From: an uncultured delta proteobacterium
GTDB lineage: Bacteria > Desulfobacterota > Binatia > JACPRU01
NCBI GenBank assembly: GCA_963745025.1
Contig: CAVUWD010000005.1
Coordinates: 128,001-192,000 of the forward strand
Reading direction: 5' to 3'
DNA length: 64,000 bases
The position numbers and the translations under genes were made by a program. Shown piece by piece: positions 39,966 through 49,191 of this stretch (position 1 is its first letter; each line of letters begins with the position of its first letter). The notes beneath the pieces are model-generated. The model worked only from the letters and a program-made list of their open reading frames with translations, was not told the origin of the DNA and did no database searches.

Positions 39966-41639
39966 CTAGTCGGCTGAGATTTGGACCGGCACGAGCACCT
40001 GGAACAGGGATCCTGCTTCCGGACGGCTTTCGACCTGGATCACGCCGCCGAGCGTGTCCGTCAAGCGGCGAGCCAGCGCGAGTCCGATGCCGAGCCCACC
40101 GTATGGACGATCGAGCCCGCTGACCCCTTGGCGGAAATCCTGAAAGATCTTTCCGATCTCCCCGTCATCGATGCCGATGCCGGTATCCTCGACCGACAAG
40201 GACAGGAGTCGTTCCCAGGGCTGCAATCTCTTCGGCAACGCGGCCGACGCGCCATTTGCGCTCTTCACCAGCGCCGCCGTGATGCGCACCGAGCCGCGCG
40301 GCGTGAACTTGATCGCATTCAAGACGATGCTGTCGACGACGCGCTCGAGCTTGTCGCCGTCGGTGTAGACCTCGGCGGCGTCAGGGGCGATCTCCAGACC
40401 GAACTCGATCGGACCTTGCTTCGGTAGATGCTCGGCCTGCTCGACGACACGGTGAAGCATGGTCGCCAGGTCGACGCGGGCGACCCGCTTACGGTCGCGT
40501 CCGAGCGTCGCCTGGGAGAGCGCCAGCAGGCTCTCGACGTGCTTCGTCATTCCGCGGGCGTTGCGGGAAATTCGCTCGATCGAGTCGATGAGGTCCGCAT
40601 CCCCGATGCGCTCGGCGTCTGTCGCGGCGATTTCCGAGAAACCGACGATCGCATTGAGCGGCGTACGCAACTCGTGAGAGAGATTCGCGAGGAATTCCGA
40701 CTTCGCGCGCTCAATCTCCACCAGGCTCTCGTACTGCCGTGCGTTTTTCAGCGCGGGAGCGGCTGCATTGGCGATGACCTGACAGAGCTCGATCTCCTCG
40801 GCATCGAATGCGCTTCCCGGCCGCCGGGCGCCGACCAGAAGCACGCCGAGCGGCTCGAGGTCGTAGTAGATGGGCAGGGCGAGCACCGAGGTCGACGAAT
40901 CGCCCGTCGCCAACTCCGGCCGCCAGATGGGCTTTCGCTTCTCGAGCGCCTCGGCGGCTGCCGCGGAGATCGTCTGCGAAACGTCGGCCGAGACGAGCTC
41001 GATCGAGCAGCGCTCGGTGCCGAGGGTTGCCTTGATGGTGTTGGCAGCCCGCTCGAGAACCTGCTGGCTCACCAGGAAAGACGAAAACGAGCGCGTGACC
41101 TGCAGCAGGCAGTCCAGGCTGCGAATTCGCTCGTCTGCCTGCAAGCGCTTCGCGTGCTCGCTACGCACGCGTTCCATCATGTAGCCGTAGAAGACGGTGG
41201 TGATGAACAGAAACGGCAAACGGATCAGCAGCGACGGGTTGTTCAGCGCGTTCCAGTTACGAAGGATCCAGAACGAATAAACACCGGTGACGAGGAACCC
41301 CGCTCCGGCGATCCGGCGCTCCGAGTCTCCGAACGTCGCCATCAGGATGCAGAGGAAGTACCCGATAAGAAGATCTTGTGAGCTGGAGTCGCTGAGCAGG
41401 ACGCCCACCAGCACGAAGATCGTGTCGAGGGTCAGGAGGACGGAACCGAAGGTCTTCGGATTGCGATAGGGAATCCTGGGTATGACGAGGTTGCTAGCGA
41501 GAAGCAGGCCGACGTAGATAAGCGCGGGCGGACGAGTGACCAGACCGCCCGAACCGACGAGGATCATGTACGCGAGCGAAACGATCAATGTCCAACGAAG
41601 GTAGACTAACGACTGTTCGACCGGTTTGTCTTGGGTCAC
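39966..41639 (-). CDS. Membrane-bound GAF-containing sensor histidine kinase
   Basis: N-terminal transmembrane helices, GAF, H-box FLANLSHELRTPLN, NAIKFT, DTGIG, GGLGIGL. Confidence 0.92.
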   Translation of the reverse strand: MTQDKPVEQSLVYLRWTLIVSLAYMILVGSGGLVTRPPALIYVGLLLASNLVIPRIPYRNPKTFGSVLLTLDTIFVLVGVLLSDSSSQDLLIGYFLCILMATFGDSERRIAGAGFLVTGVYSFWILRNWNALNNPSLLIRLPFLFITTVFYGYMMERVRSEHAKRLQADERIRSLDCLLQVTRSFSSFLVSQQVLERAANTIKATLGTERCSIELVSADVSQTISAAAAEALEKRKPIWRPELATGDSSTSVLALPIYYDLEPLGVLLVGARRPGSAFDAEEIELCQVIANAAAPALKNARQYESLVEIERAKSEFLANLSHELRTPLNAIVGFSEIAATDAERIGDADLIDSIERISRNARGMTKHVESLLALSQATLGRDRKRVARVDLATMLHRVVEQAEHLPKQGPIEFGLEIAPDAAEVYTDGDKLERVVDSIVLNAIKFTPRGSVRITAALVKSANGASAALPKRLQPWERLLSLSVEDTGIGIDDGEIGKIFQDFRQGVSGLDRPYGGLGIGLALARRLTDTLGGVIQVESRPEAGSLFQVLVPVQISAD

Positions 41640-41652
41640 GAGGTGAAATCAC

Positions 41653-41668
41653 AACAAGACTCATGCCA
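41653..41668 (-). promoter_or_regulatory. Probable sigma-54 promoter
   Basis: TGGCAT-GAGTC-TTGTT on the minus strand, 13 nt before GTG 41639 (-12 GT variant). Confidence 0.5.
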
Positions 41669-42088
41669 TGCATCTTAGTAGGCTAAATGCCTCATAGACA
41701 CTGATTATCTTTACGCAAATACTGTTTCCAAATAAGAATATCGCTGAACAACGTCTGTATTATCAACCAATACTCATCAGTAATATTAAGAATATCTAAA
41801 TATGCCAAATTTATGTCTATGTCAAAACATTCTCTCTTATGATCTATGTCATTTCGTGTCTGTTCGTTCATTTTGGTACGAATAGCCTCTAGCGGTAACT
41901 AGGTAGATGACCAGTGCCCAAGCTGTGGCGACAGCGTTGGCGGCAGGAATCTCCGCGGCGCGCGCCGCGCGCGAATACATCTCGGGGGACTTCATTAGCG
42001 TCGATGGGACAGAAGTTCTCCGCGAGCGCCCCTCCGACGGCGCGAAACCGCGGATCTTAGAGGCCCTGAACCATCGGCACCTCGTCCG

Positions 42089-42865
42089 TCAGGCGAGCAG
42101 CCGTCGCCGCACGAGTGTCGTCGCCACCCAATAAGACACCGCGCCGTAGGCGAGCATTACGGAGATATGGAGCGGCGCTCGGGCTGGCCACGCGCCGGTC
42201 ATGAGCGGCCGGATGATCTCGACCGCATGTGTGAGCGGCAGGAAGGTAGCCACCCACTGGAGCGGCATCGGCAGACCCTGCAACGGGAAAAACACGCCGC
42301 AGAAGAGCATCATCGGCGTGACCACCAGCGTCATGTAGTAGAGAAAGAACTCGTAGCTCTTGGAGATCGCGGTGACTACCAATGCCATGGCCGCGAAGCA
42401 GGTGCCGACGAGCAATGCGACGGGCAATACCAGCACCGCGCGAGTCCCGTGCACGATGCCGAGCGCCGCGGCGACGACGAGAATCGCTCCGGCGCTGATC
42501 AGACTCTTGCTCCCCGCCCAGACCATCTCGCCCATGACGATGTCATCGACGTCGAGCGGTGTCGCCAGCATTCCCGCCCACGTCTGCTGCGTCGTCATGC
42601 GGGTGAAGGCGGAATACAGCGATTCGAAGGTCGCCGTGTTCATCGCGCTCGAGCAGACGATTCCGGAGGCGAGAAACGTGATGTAGGGCATCCCGTCCAT
42701 CGAGCCGACGAAGCGTCCGAGGCCATAGCCGAGCGCCAGGAGGTACAACAGTGGATCGCCGAAGTTGCCGACGAGCGAAGGGACGGATAGCTTCCGCCAT
42801 ACCAGTACGTGTCGCTGCCACACGGGAATCCAGCGCAGGCTGAGGGATGGCAGTGGGGCGCTCAT
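42089..42865 (-). CDS. nodJ: ABC-2 permease, NodJ-like
   Basis: NFGDPLLYLLALGYGLG, FESLYSAFTRM..Q.TW, GVFFP, LPLTHAV. Confidence 0.85.
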   Translation of the reverse strand: MSAPLPSLSLRWIPVWQRHVLVWRKLSVPSLVGNFGDPLLYLLALGYGLGRFVGSMDGMPYITFLASGIVCSSAMNTATFESLYSAFTRMTTQQTWAGMLATPLDVDDIVMGEMVWAGSKSLISAGAILVVAAALGIVHGTRAVLVLPVALLVGTCFAAMALVVTAISKSYEFFLYYMTLVVTPMMLFCGVFFPLQGLPMPLQWVATFLPLTHAVEIIRPLMTGAWPARAPLHISVMLAYGAVSYWVATTLVRRRLLA

Positions 42866-43791
42866 CCGTCGCGGAGCTCCCGCCCGGTCAGCTTCACGAA
42901 AACGTCTTCGAGATTGGCGGGCCGATGGAGAAAGCGGAGCTCTGGGTGTCCGCGCAAATCGTCGAGCAGGGGCCCTTCGTCGTGTGCGTAGCAGAAAACG
43001 GTCTCGCCGACCTGCTCCGTGCGCTCGCAGAGCGAGCGGCCGGGCGCGCCGAGCCATCGTTCCACGCCTGGGCCGTAGACCTCGAGGACCTGCGGCTCCA
43101 CGTGATCCTCGATGAGCGCCTGCGGGCTCCCGCTCGCCAGGATCTTCCCATGATCCATGATCACAAGACGGTCGCACAGCCGCTCCGCCTCCTCCATGTA
43201 GTGGGTCGTCAGGATGATGGTCTTCCCTTGCCCGAGCAGCGAGCGCAGACGCTGCCAGATGAGCTGACGCGCCTGCGGGTCGAGCCCGGTCGTCGGTTCG
43301 TCGAGCACCAGTAGATCGGGCTGGTTGATCAGTGCGCGCGCGAGGATCAGGCGGCGTCGCATGCCGCCCGAGAGCGTGTGGATCGCCGCCACCGCCTTCG
43401 ACTCGAGCGCCGCGAACGCGAGTAACCCGGGAATCCTCTCCGCCACGGTCTTGCGCGGGATGTCGAAGTAGCTTCCGTAGACGGCGAGATTTTCGGTCAC
43501 GGTGAAGTCGGGATCGAGATTGTCCCCCTGCGGGACCACGCCGATGCGCCGTCGCATGACGCGAGCGTGATCCGGAATCGGGAAGCCGAGCACTTCGAGC
43601 CGTCCGCCGCTCGGCGGCGTCGTGCCGATTAGCATTCGCAGAATGGTCGTCTTGCCTGCCCCATTCGGCCCGAGAATGCCGAAGCACTCGCCCCGCTCGA
43701 CCTGAAGGTCGATCGCATCGACCACGGGCCGGCCGTCGTAAATCTTGGTTAGCCCGCTCGCCTGTACGACACCGCCGTTGCGCTCGCTCAT
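42862..43791 (-). CDS. nodI: ABC ATP-binding protein, NodI-like
   Basis: GPNGAGKTT, DNLDPDFTV.ENL, LSGGMRRRL, LDEPTTGLDPQAR, ANLEDVF.KLTGRELRD. Confidence 0.88.
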   Translation of the reverse strand: MSERNGGVVQASGLTKIYDGRPVVDAIDLQVERGECFGILGPNGAGKTTILRMLIGTTPPSGGRLEVLGFPIPDHARVMRRRIGVVPQGDNLDPDFTVTENLAVYGSYFDIPRKTVAERIPGLLAFAALESKAVAAIHTLSGGMRRRLILARALINQPDLLVLDEPTTGLDPQARQLIWQRLRSLLGQGKTIILTTHYMEEAERLCDRLVIMDHGKILASGSPQALIEDHVEPQVLEVYGPGVERWLGAPGRSLCERTEQVGETVFCYAHDEGPLLDDLRGHPELRFLHRPANLEDVFVKLTGRELRDG

Positions 43792-43945
43792 GATCGGATT
43801 CAGGATAACGTCTGCGCAATGTAGCAAAGTCAACGCTGGAGGAAGGCGTGCGACACCACGAGTTCACGATCGAGCTGCGCAGGGTTCCGGCCGGATCTCG
43901 TCGAGCGGAGCCGGATCTCGATCGCGCGGATCTGGCAAGACGATC

Positions 43946-44479
43946 GTGAAGGCGCTACGGGTCGTCGCACTCTTGGTTCTCGCCGTTGCTCTGGCACGGC
44001 TCGTCGGCAATTCCATGGTTGCGAAGATCGTCGTCTCGAAGTCGCAGCGCTCGCTCACCGCCTATGGCGCGGACGGCCGTGTCTTGAGGGTTTTCCCGGT
44101 GATCGTCGGGCGCGAGCCTACGGGAACGAAGGAGCGGGAAGGCGATGAACGGACGCCCGAAGGCGAGTACTACGTCTGCTTCAAGAACCCCCAGAGCCGA
44201 TTCCATCTCTCGCTCGGGCTGAGCTACCCGAGCCTCGCCGATGCAGAGCGTGGGCTCGAAGCCGGCATGATCGGCTCTGCCGAGTACCGGGAGATCGCCG
44301 AGGCGCACGCGGCGCGGCGGATCCCCCCTTGGAAGACGTCGCTCGGCGGCGAGATCTTCATCCACGGGGAGATGGGCGAGCGCGGCGGAACCGCGGGGTG
44401 CGTCGCGGTCAGCGACCAGGCGATGGAAGAGCTCTTCCCGCAGGTGGACCTCGGCACTCCGGTGTTGATCGAGCCGTGA
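43946..44479 (+). CDS. L,D-transpeptidase (YkuD family)
   Basis: K.REGD.RTPEG.Y, FHLSLGLSYP, IFIHG, TAGCVAV. Confidence 0.88.
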   Translation: MKALRVVALLVLAVALARLVGNSMVAKIVVSKSQRSLTAYGADGRVLRVFPVIVGREPTGTKEREGDERTPEGEYYVCFKNPQSRFHLSLGLSYPSLADAERGLEAGMIGSAEYREIAEAHAARRIPPWKTSLGGEIFIHGEMGERGGTAGCVAVSDQAMEELFPQVDLGTPVLIEP

Positions 44480-44515
44480 CAGGACGCGGGCGGGGGGCTA
44501 CACTTGAGCGGCGGC

Positions 44516-44576
44516 TTCACAGTCTGTACAGTTTCGCCGCGAGGTGTCGTAGCTCCGAAACCGTACAAACTGTGAA
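44516..44576. repeat. 21-bp-arm inverted repeat upstream of sufT
   Basis: TTCACAGTCTGTACAGTTTCG ... CGAAACCGTACAAACTGTGAA (19/21 complementary). Confidence 0.75.
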
Positions 44577-44600
44577 ACGTACCCTCGAAGAGGAGCGTTC

Positions 44601-45158
44601 ATGAGCCACGTCGGAGACCAAGTCCAATTCAGCCGCGATTGCGAGGTCGTGCAGATTCCCGCCGGTCACCGTCTCACGCTGCCGCGCGGCACGGAAGCCA
44701 TCCTCACGCAGTCCCTCGGCGGCACCTTCACGCTGCAGGTGCCCAAGCTCGGCGCGCTGGTTCGCCTTTCCGGTAGCGACGCGGACGCGATCGGCCTCGA
44801 GGCGGGCGTTCTGCCGCAGTCGGGCGTTCTGAGCGCCGCGGCCGGCGATCTCGAGCATGAAGTGTGGGAGATGCTGAAGACCTGCTACGATCCCGAGATC
44901 CCGGTCAACATCGTCGATCTCGGTCTCGTCTACGACCTGCGGGTCTCGTCGACGCCGAGCGGTCAGAGCGAGGTGGAGGTGAAGATGACCCTCACCGCGC
45001 AGGGTTGCGGCATGGGCGCCACGATCGCTGCCGATGCGCAGCAAAAGATCGAGATGCTGTCGGGAGTCGAAGAGGCGCGAGTCGAGATCGTCTGGGACCC
45101 GCCGTGGAGCCCGCAGATGATCTCGCGCGAGGGACGCGAGAAGCTGGGAATCGATTAG
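44601..45158 (+). CDS. sufT: Fe-S cluster assembly protein SufT (long DUF59 form)
   Basis: RDC...QIPAG, TQSLGG.FT, YDPEIPVNIVDLGLVY, MTLTA.GCGMG, WDPPW. Confidence 0.92.
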   Translation: MSHVGDQVQFSRDCEVVQIPAGHRLTLPRGTEAILTQSLGGTFTLQVPKLGALVRLSGSDADAIGLEAGVLPQSGVLSAAAGDLEHEVWEMLKTCYDPEIPVNIVDLGLVYDLRVSSTPSGQSEVEVKMTLTAQGCGMGATIAADAQQKIEMLSGVEEARVEIVWDPPWSPQMISREGREKLGID

Positions 45159-45159
45159 G

Positions 45160-45229
45160 GGGCTGCAGGCTTCGGGCTGCGGGAAGGACACCGCCGCGCT
45201 CTCCCGGAGCTCGTAGCCGGCAGCCGGCA
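45160..45229. repeat. REP-like heptamer palindrome, interrupted on its right arm by an inserted element
   Basis: ggctgca ggcttcg ggctgcg ... cgtagcc ggcagcc ggca. Confidence 0.7.
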
Positions 45230-45518
45230 TGTGACCCGCACCCGATCAGTTTTCGCACGACGCTCGAGGAGACGGACGCGGTCGGTTGTGGTCGGCCCGT
45301 ACTCGGGTCGATCACAATCGACCGCAACCGCGCGGAGCGCGGAAGACAATAACCCTCGACACGGTGCTGTCCTTAGGACAGCACCCTCGACACTGGTCTA
45401 TTGTCTTCCGCGCTTGCGCGCGGTGGCTGGATTTTCCGGTCGACCCGAATCCGGGCCGACGGGAAAATCCAGCGCTTCCGGATCGCGAGCGCCGGAGGCG
45501 AAGACTGAGGGCATCACA
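45230..45518 (+). mobile_element. 289-bp non-coding structured element (MITE-like and/or ncRNA)
   Basis: TGTGA...TCACA ends, flanked by direct repeat GCCGGCA (45223-45229 and 45519-45525), subterminal IR 45246-45256/45498-45508, four internal hairpins. Confidence 0.6.
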
Positions 45519-45527
45519 GCCGGCAGC

Positions 45528-45962
45528 CTAATTCGTTTGTATCTCCACCAGCCGTCCGTCCTCGAACGTGAGCGTGCCGAGAATCGAGAGCTGGCCGTTG
45601 TAGACCCAGGTCTCGCGGCGCTGTCCGCTGTCGGTCGTGCGAGTCTCGCGTCGTTCCGGCGACCCAGCCGCTTCGAGAGTCTCTTGGTCCGACATGCCGA
45701 GACGAAGGCCGTTCAGCCGGCGTGTTTGTGCTTCGTCCTGGCCAATCAGGTCGAACACGGTCGACTTGAAATCCTGCGCCGCTTGGACGCGGGGATCGGG
45801 CCGCGGCTCGCAGCCGATCGCTGCGAGCGTGACGAGCGTCAGAAGCGTCGCTTGGAGCCGCGTAATGGATTCTCCCGGTGGGGGGCGACGAAGTCGAACC
45901 AAGATGCTCCGCACCTCTGCAGCGTGCGCGGGCAAGTTAGCCGCTGAACCTCCGGCGCGCAA
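45528..45962 (-). CDS. Small putative lipoprotein (SmpA/OmlA- or DUF2845-like fold); true start probably further downstream
   Basis: Lipobox-like AIGC; L.LGMS..E.....G.P......ETWVY......L.FEDGRLV pattern. Confidence 0.65.
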   Translation of the reverse strand: MRAGGSAANLPAHAAEVRSILVRLRRPPPGESITRLQATLLTLVTLAAIGCEPRPDPRVQAAQDFKSTVFDLIGQDEAQTRRLNGLRLGMSDQETLEAAGSPERRETRTTDSGQRRETWVYNGQLSILGTLTFEDGRLVEIQTN

Positions 45963-46014
45963 GCAAAGTCCTCGAAGGCCAGTCGCGGCGCTGGACCGCT
46001 CCGAGCGATCTCGG

Positions 46015-48408
46015 TCATGCGCGCCCGCTTGTCTCGCGCAGCTCGTCGATGGCGGCGACGGCGAAGCGTGGCCGAATCAGATTCACCATCGGCGGAATGA
46101 AGATCAGCGCGCCGATCAGGTGGAAGGCGAGGAGCAACGTGAGCAGGAGCGCCATCTCGGCCTGGAACTTCATGGGGAAGAACACCCAGTAGATGATGCT
46201 CGCGGTCAGCGACACGCCGGTGAAGAGTACGGTCTTGCCGGTCGTGCGGATGGCGCGCGCGATCGCGTCGTCGAAGCGCCCACCGGCCTCGTCGAGCGGT
46301 ATTCCTCGACGATGCGGCTGAGGCACGTAGTAGCCGTAGTCGATGCCGATGCCGATGCCGACCGCCGCGACCGGCAGCGAGTTGATGTTCATGTCGATGC
46401 CGAGCCAGTACATGACCGCCTCCGACAGCGGCTGCGCGACCAGCGACGGCAGCATGACGATCAACGCGCCGATGACCGACACGTAGGTCAGGTAGCTGAC
46501 AGGACGAACACGACGGTCAGGATCAGCGCCAGGTTGACTCGGTAGGACCACTCGACCTCCTCGTTCACCGCGGCGAGGATGCCGAGCAGGCCGCCGGCCA
46601 GGAGATAGCGGACCGCGTCGTCGGGCTTGGCGACGTGCTGGCGATGTAGTCCTTCGCCTGCGCGATCGAGTTCTTGATCGTCTCGTGGTTGTAGTCCTGG
46701 TAGAAGACAGTGATCGTCGCGTTCGTGTAGGTCGGGTCGAAGAATCGATCGATCTCGCCACGGCGCGTGTTCGACGTGAGCAGGAAGAAGAGTTGCCCGA
46801 CGTGATCGTCGCGATCGGGCAGCATGTTCCACTTCGGATCGCCCTCGTGGAAGGCGCGGAAGATCTTCTTGAGCAGCGTCGCGGCGGTGATCGAGCCGCC
46901 AGCGCCCTGTTTCTCCATGTGCCGGGCGAATCGCTCGAGCTGCTCGAGCGCGTGCGCGTTCTTGAGCGCTTCCCTCCTTTTCCCTTCGGCGATGATCACC
47001 AGCTGCGAAGCGCCGACGAACTTCTCGTTCACTTTGCGAAAGGCGACGTTGTAGGGATGGTCGGGATAGAGCAGCGCCTCGCCGGGTGTCGTGTCTCCGA
47101 CCTTCAGCAGGCGCGAGTAGTAGAGGCCGATCGCCAGCATCACCACGAGCGACGCGGCCATGACGATGCGGCGGGAGCCGGTTGCGAGCCAGAGTGTCGC
47201 GTCGGCGAATCGATCGTAGAAACGCGAGAACAGATTCGGCGCGCTTTCCGGGGGCTGCTTGGGCGGCTTGACGAACGAGAGGATGATCGGGTGCAGCGTG
47301 ACGACGCTGACGAAGATCGAGATGATCCAGAAGCTCGCACAGCAGCGCGAGCTTCTGGATGATCGGAATGCGTGCCACGAAGAGCGTGAGGATCGCGAGC
47401 CCGTCGGCGAGCATCGACACCATCGCGGGCGCGTAGATCTCGGTGTACGACTTGACGATCGGCGGCATCCTTGTCGCGGAGCCGGTGGTACTCCTCGTGG
47501 TAGCGCTCCATCGACTGCACGGAGTGCGAGTGCGCGCGCGCGGTGATGAGGAGCGGGATCACGAGTACGAGCGGATCGAGCGACAGACCGAAGACGCCGC
47601 CGAACCCGAGGCCCCAGATCGCCGACAGGGTGCCGCAGAAGACGGGGATCACTACGCCCTGCCAGCTGCGGAACTCGAGCCAGAGGATCGCGATCATCGT
47701 CGCGACCGAGGCGACCAGCACCCACTCATCTGCGGCAGGAGCTCCATGAAGTAGGCGTAGAGGATCGGCAAACCCCGTCACGTAGATCTTGGTGTTGGCG
47801 TCCTCCTCACGGTGGACGATCTCCTGGAGCTTCTTCCACATTCCGGCGAGGTCGAAGTACTCCTCCCAGAAGCCGGCGACGATGAGCGTCGCCTTGTCGT
47901 CGTCCGAGACGAAGAGGCCGTGAACGCCCTCGGTCGTGTAGACCTTCTGCCTCAGGAAGGCGAGGTCTTCCTTCGTCCTGCGGGAGACGCGGGATAGGTG
48001 AGCGGCACGACCTTGATGCCCGAGCCCGCGGTCAGCGTGGTCTTCAGCTTCGGGTGCGTGATCGAGATCACCTGCTCGCCGTTCACGCCGGGGATGTCGT
48101 GCAGCAGGTCGAGCGTGATGCGGTCGACCTTCTGGATGGTCTCCGGCTTGGTCGAAGATGTCTCCGTCCTTCACCTCGACGATGAGCAGCACGATGTTCG
48201 CCGTGCCGAACATGTCACGGTACTTCGTGTAGAGCTGGATGTACGGATGGCCCGGCGGATAGAGATCGAAGAAGTTCGTGTAAATCGCCATGTGGTACAT
48301 CATGAAGTAGATGAAGTAGGCCGTCGTGACGCCGATGACCCCGATCACGTGCCAGCGGTGTCTCAGCAAGAAAAAGAGATACTTCTCGATGTATCGGCGC
48401 GGCAGCAT
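46015..48408 (-). pseudogene. MMPL/RND-family transporter with multiple indels, probably sequence errors
   Basis: FFDLYP..HPYI, FG.AN, LDPL.LVIP.LI.ARA.SHSVQ..ERY, GIGIGIDY, TTGK.VLFT spread over several frames. Confidence 0.85.
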
Positions 48409-48596
48409 TTAGGCCTGTCCGACTCTTATCGATTCTCCAAACGTTCGTTTCGGCTGAAAGGGGTGCGCCATATCACCGCGCTTCGCCGCGAAGCAAAGCC
48501 ACAAGCCTGCCGTGGCGGGTCAGTTTGGGGTCTGCGCCGACGGTGAAGGGGACGTTGCCGGCCTACCAACCGCGCCGGAAAACCCTGCGGACGGCG

Positions 48597-49031
48597 TCAG
48601 CGGGAGTAGATGTATTGCTTCAGGAAATGAATCTCGACCGATTGCTCGTCGCTGATCTCTTTCATCAGGTCCCCGATCGAGACCAGTCCGACGAGCCGCT
48701 CGCCCTCGACGACGGGGAGGTGCCGGCAGCGATGGCGTGTCATCTTGCTCATCGCCTCCTCTCCCGCCTCGTCGGGCTCGGTGAAGATCAGGTCCCGCGT
48801 CATCACCTGTGAGACCGCGGTCGCGGCGATGTCGTGTCCCCGCAGCACGACCCGCCGCATCAGGTCCCGTTCCGTGAAGATGCCCGCCAAACGGTTCCCA
48901 TCGAGGACGACGACGGAACCCGTGTTCGCGTGGTCCATGCGGCGCACGGCTTCGAGTACGGTATCGCCCGCTCCGACCGTGACCACGTCGCCAAGATGCT
49001 TGGCCGCCAGGATCTCGCCGATGGTACGCAT
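48597..49031 (-). CDS. CBS-domain protein
   Basis: GIFTERD, VMT, RHLPV, GLVSIGDL, L..YI. Confidence 0.9.
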   Translation of the reverse strand: MRTIGEILAAKHLGDVVTVGAGDTVLEAVRRMDHANTGSVVVLDGNRLAGIFTERDLMRRVVLRGHDIAATAVSQVMTRDLIFTEPDEAGEEAMSKMTRHRCRHLPVVEGERLVGLVSIGDLMKEISDEQSVEIHFLKQYIYSR

Positions 49032-49191
49032 GAAAGGTCGCTCCCTTCCGCGCCGATGCGGACGCGACTGCAGACTAGCAAAGCCGACAGGGGAAGCCCA
49101 ACCCGGCGAGCGAGCCCTTGCCGACGCTCGGCCTCGCGTCGATGCGGATGGAGCGGACGACACTCTCGCGCTGCTCCTTCGCCTCCTGCGC

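Noticed and set aside
41907-42134. 75-aa plus-strand ORF
   Set aside because: No motif and it overlaps the nodJ 3' end; cannot be supported.
42089-43791. nodIJ as evidence of nodulation
   Set aside because: NodI/NodJ-like ABC exporters are widespread, and there is no nodABC here.
43890-43935. GCCGGATCTCG direct repeats upstream of the second L,D-transpeptidase
   Set aside because: Only two short GC-rich copies; chance cannot be excluded.
45157-45550. tmRNA (GGGGGCTG ... CTCCACCA)
   Set aside because: No T-arm GTTCGA motif or tag ORF; the CCACCA lies inside the downstream CDS.
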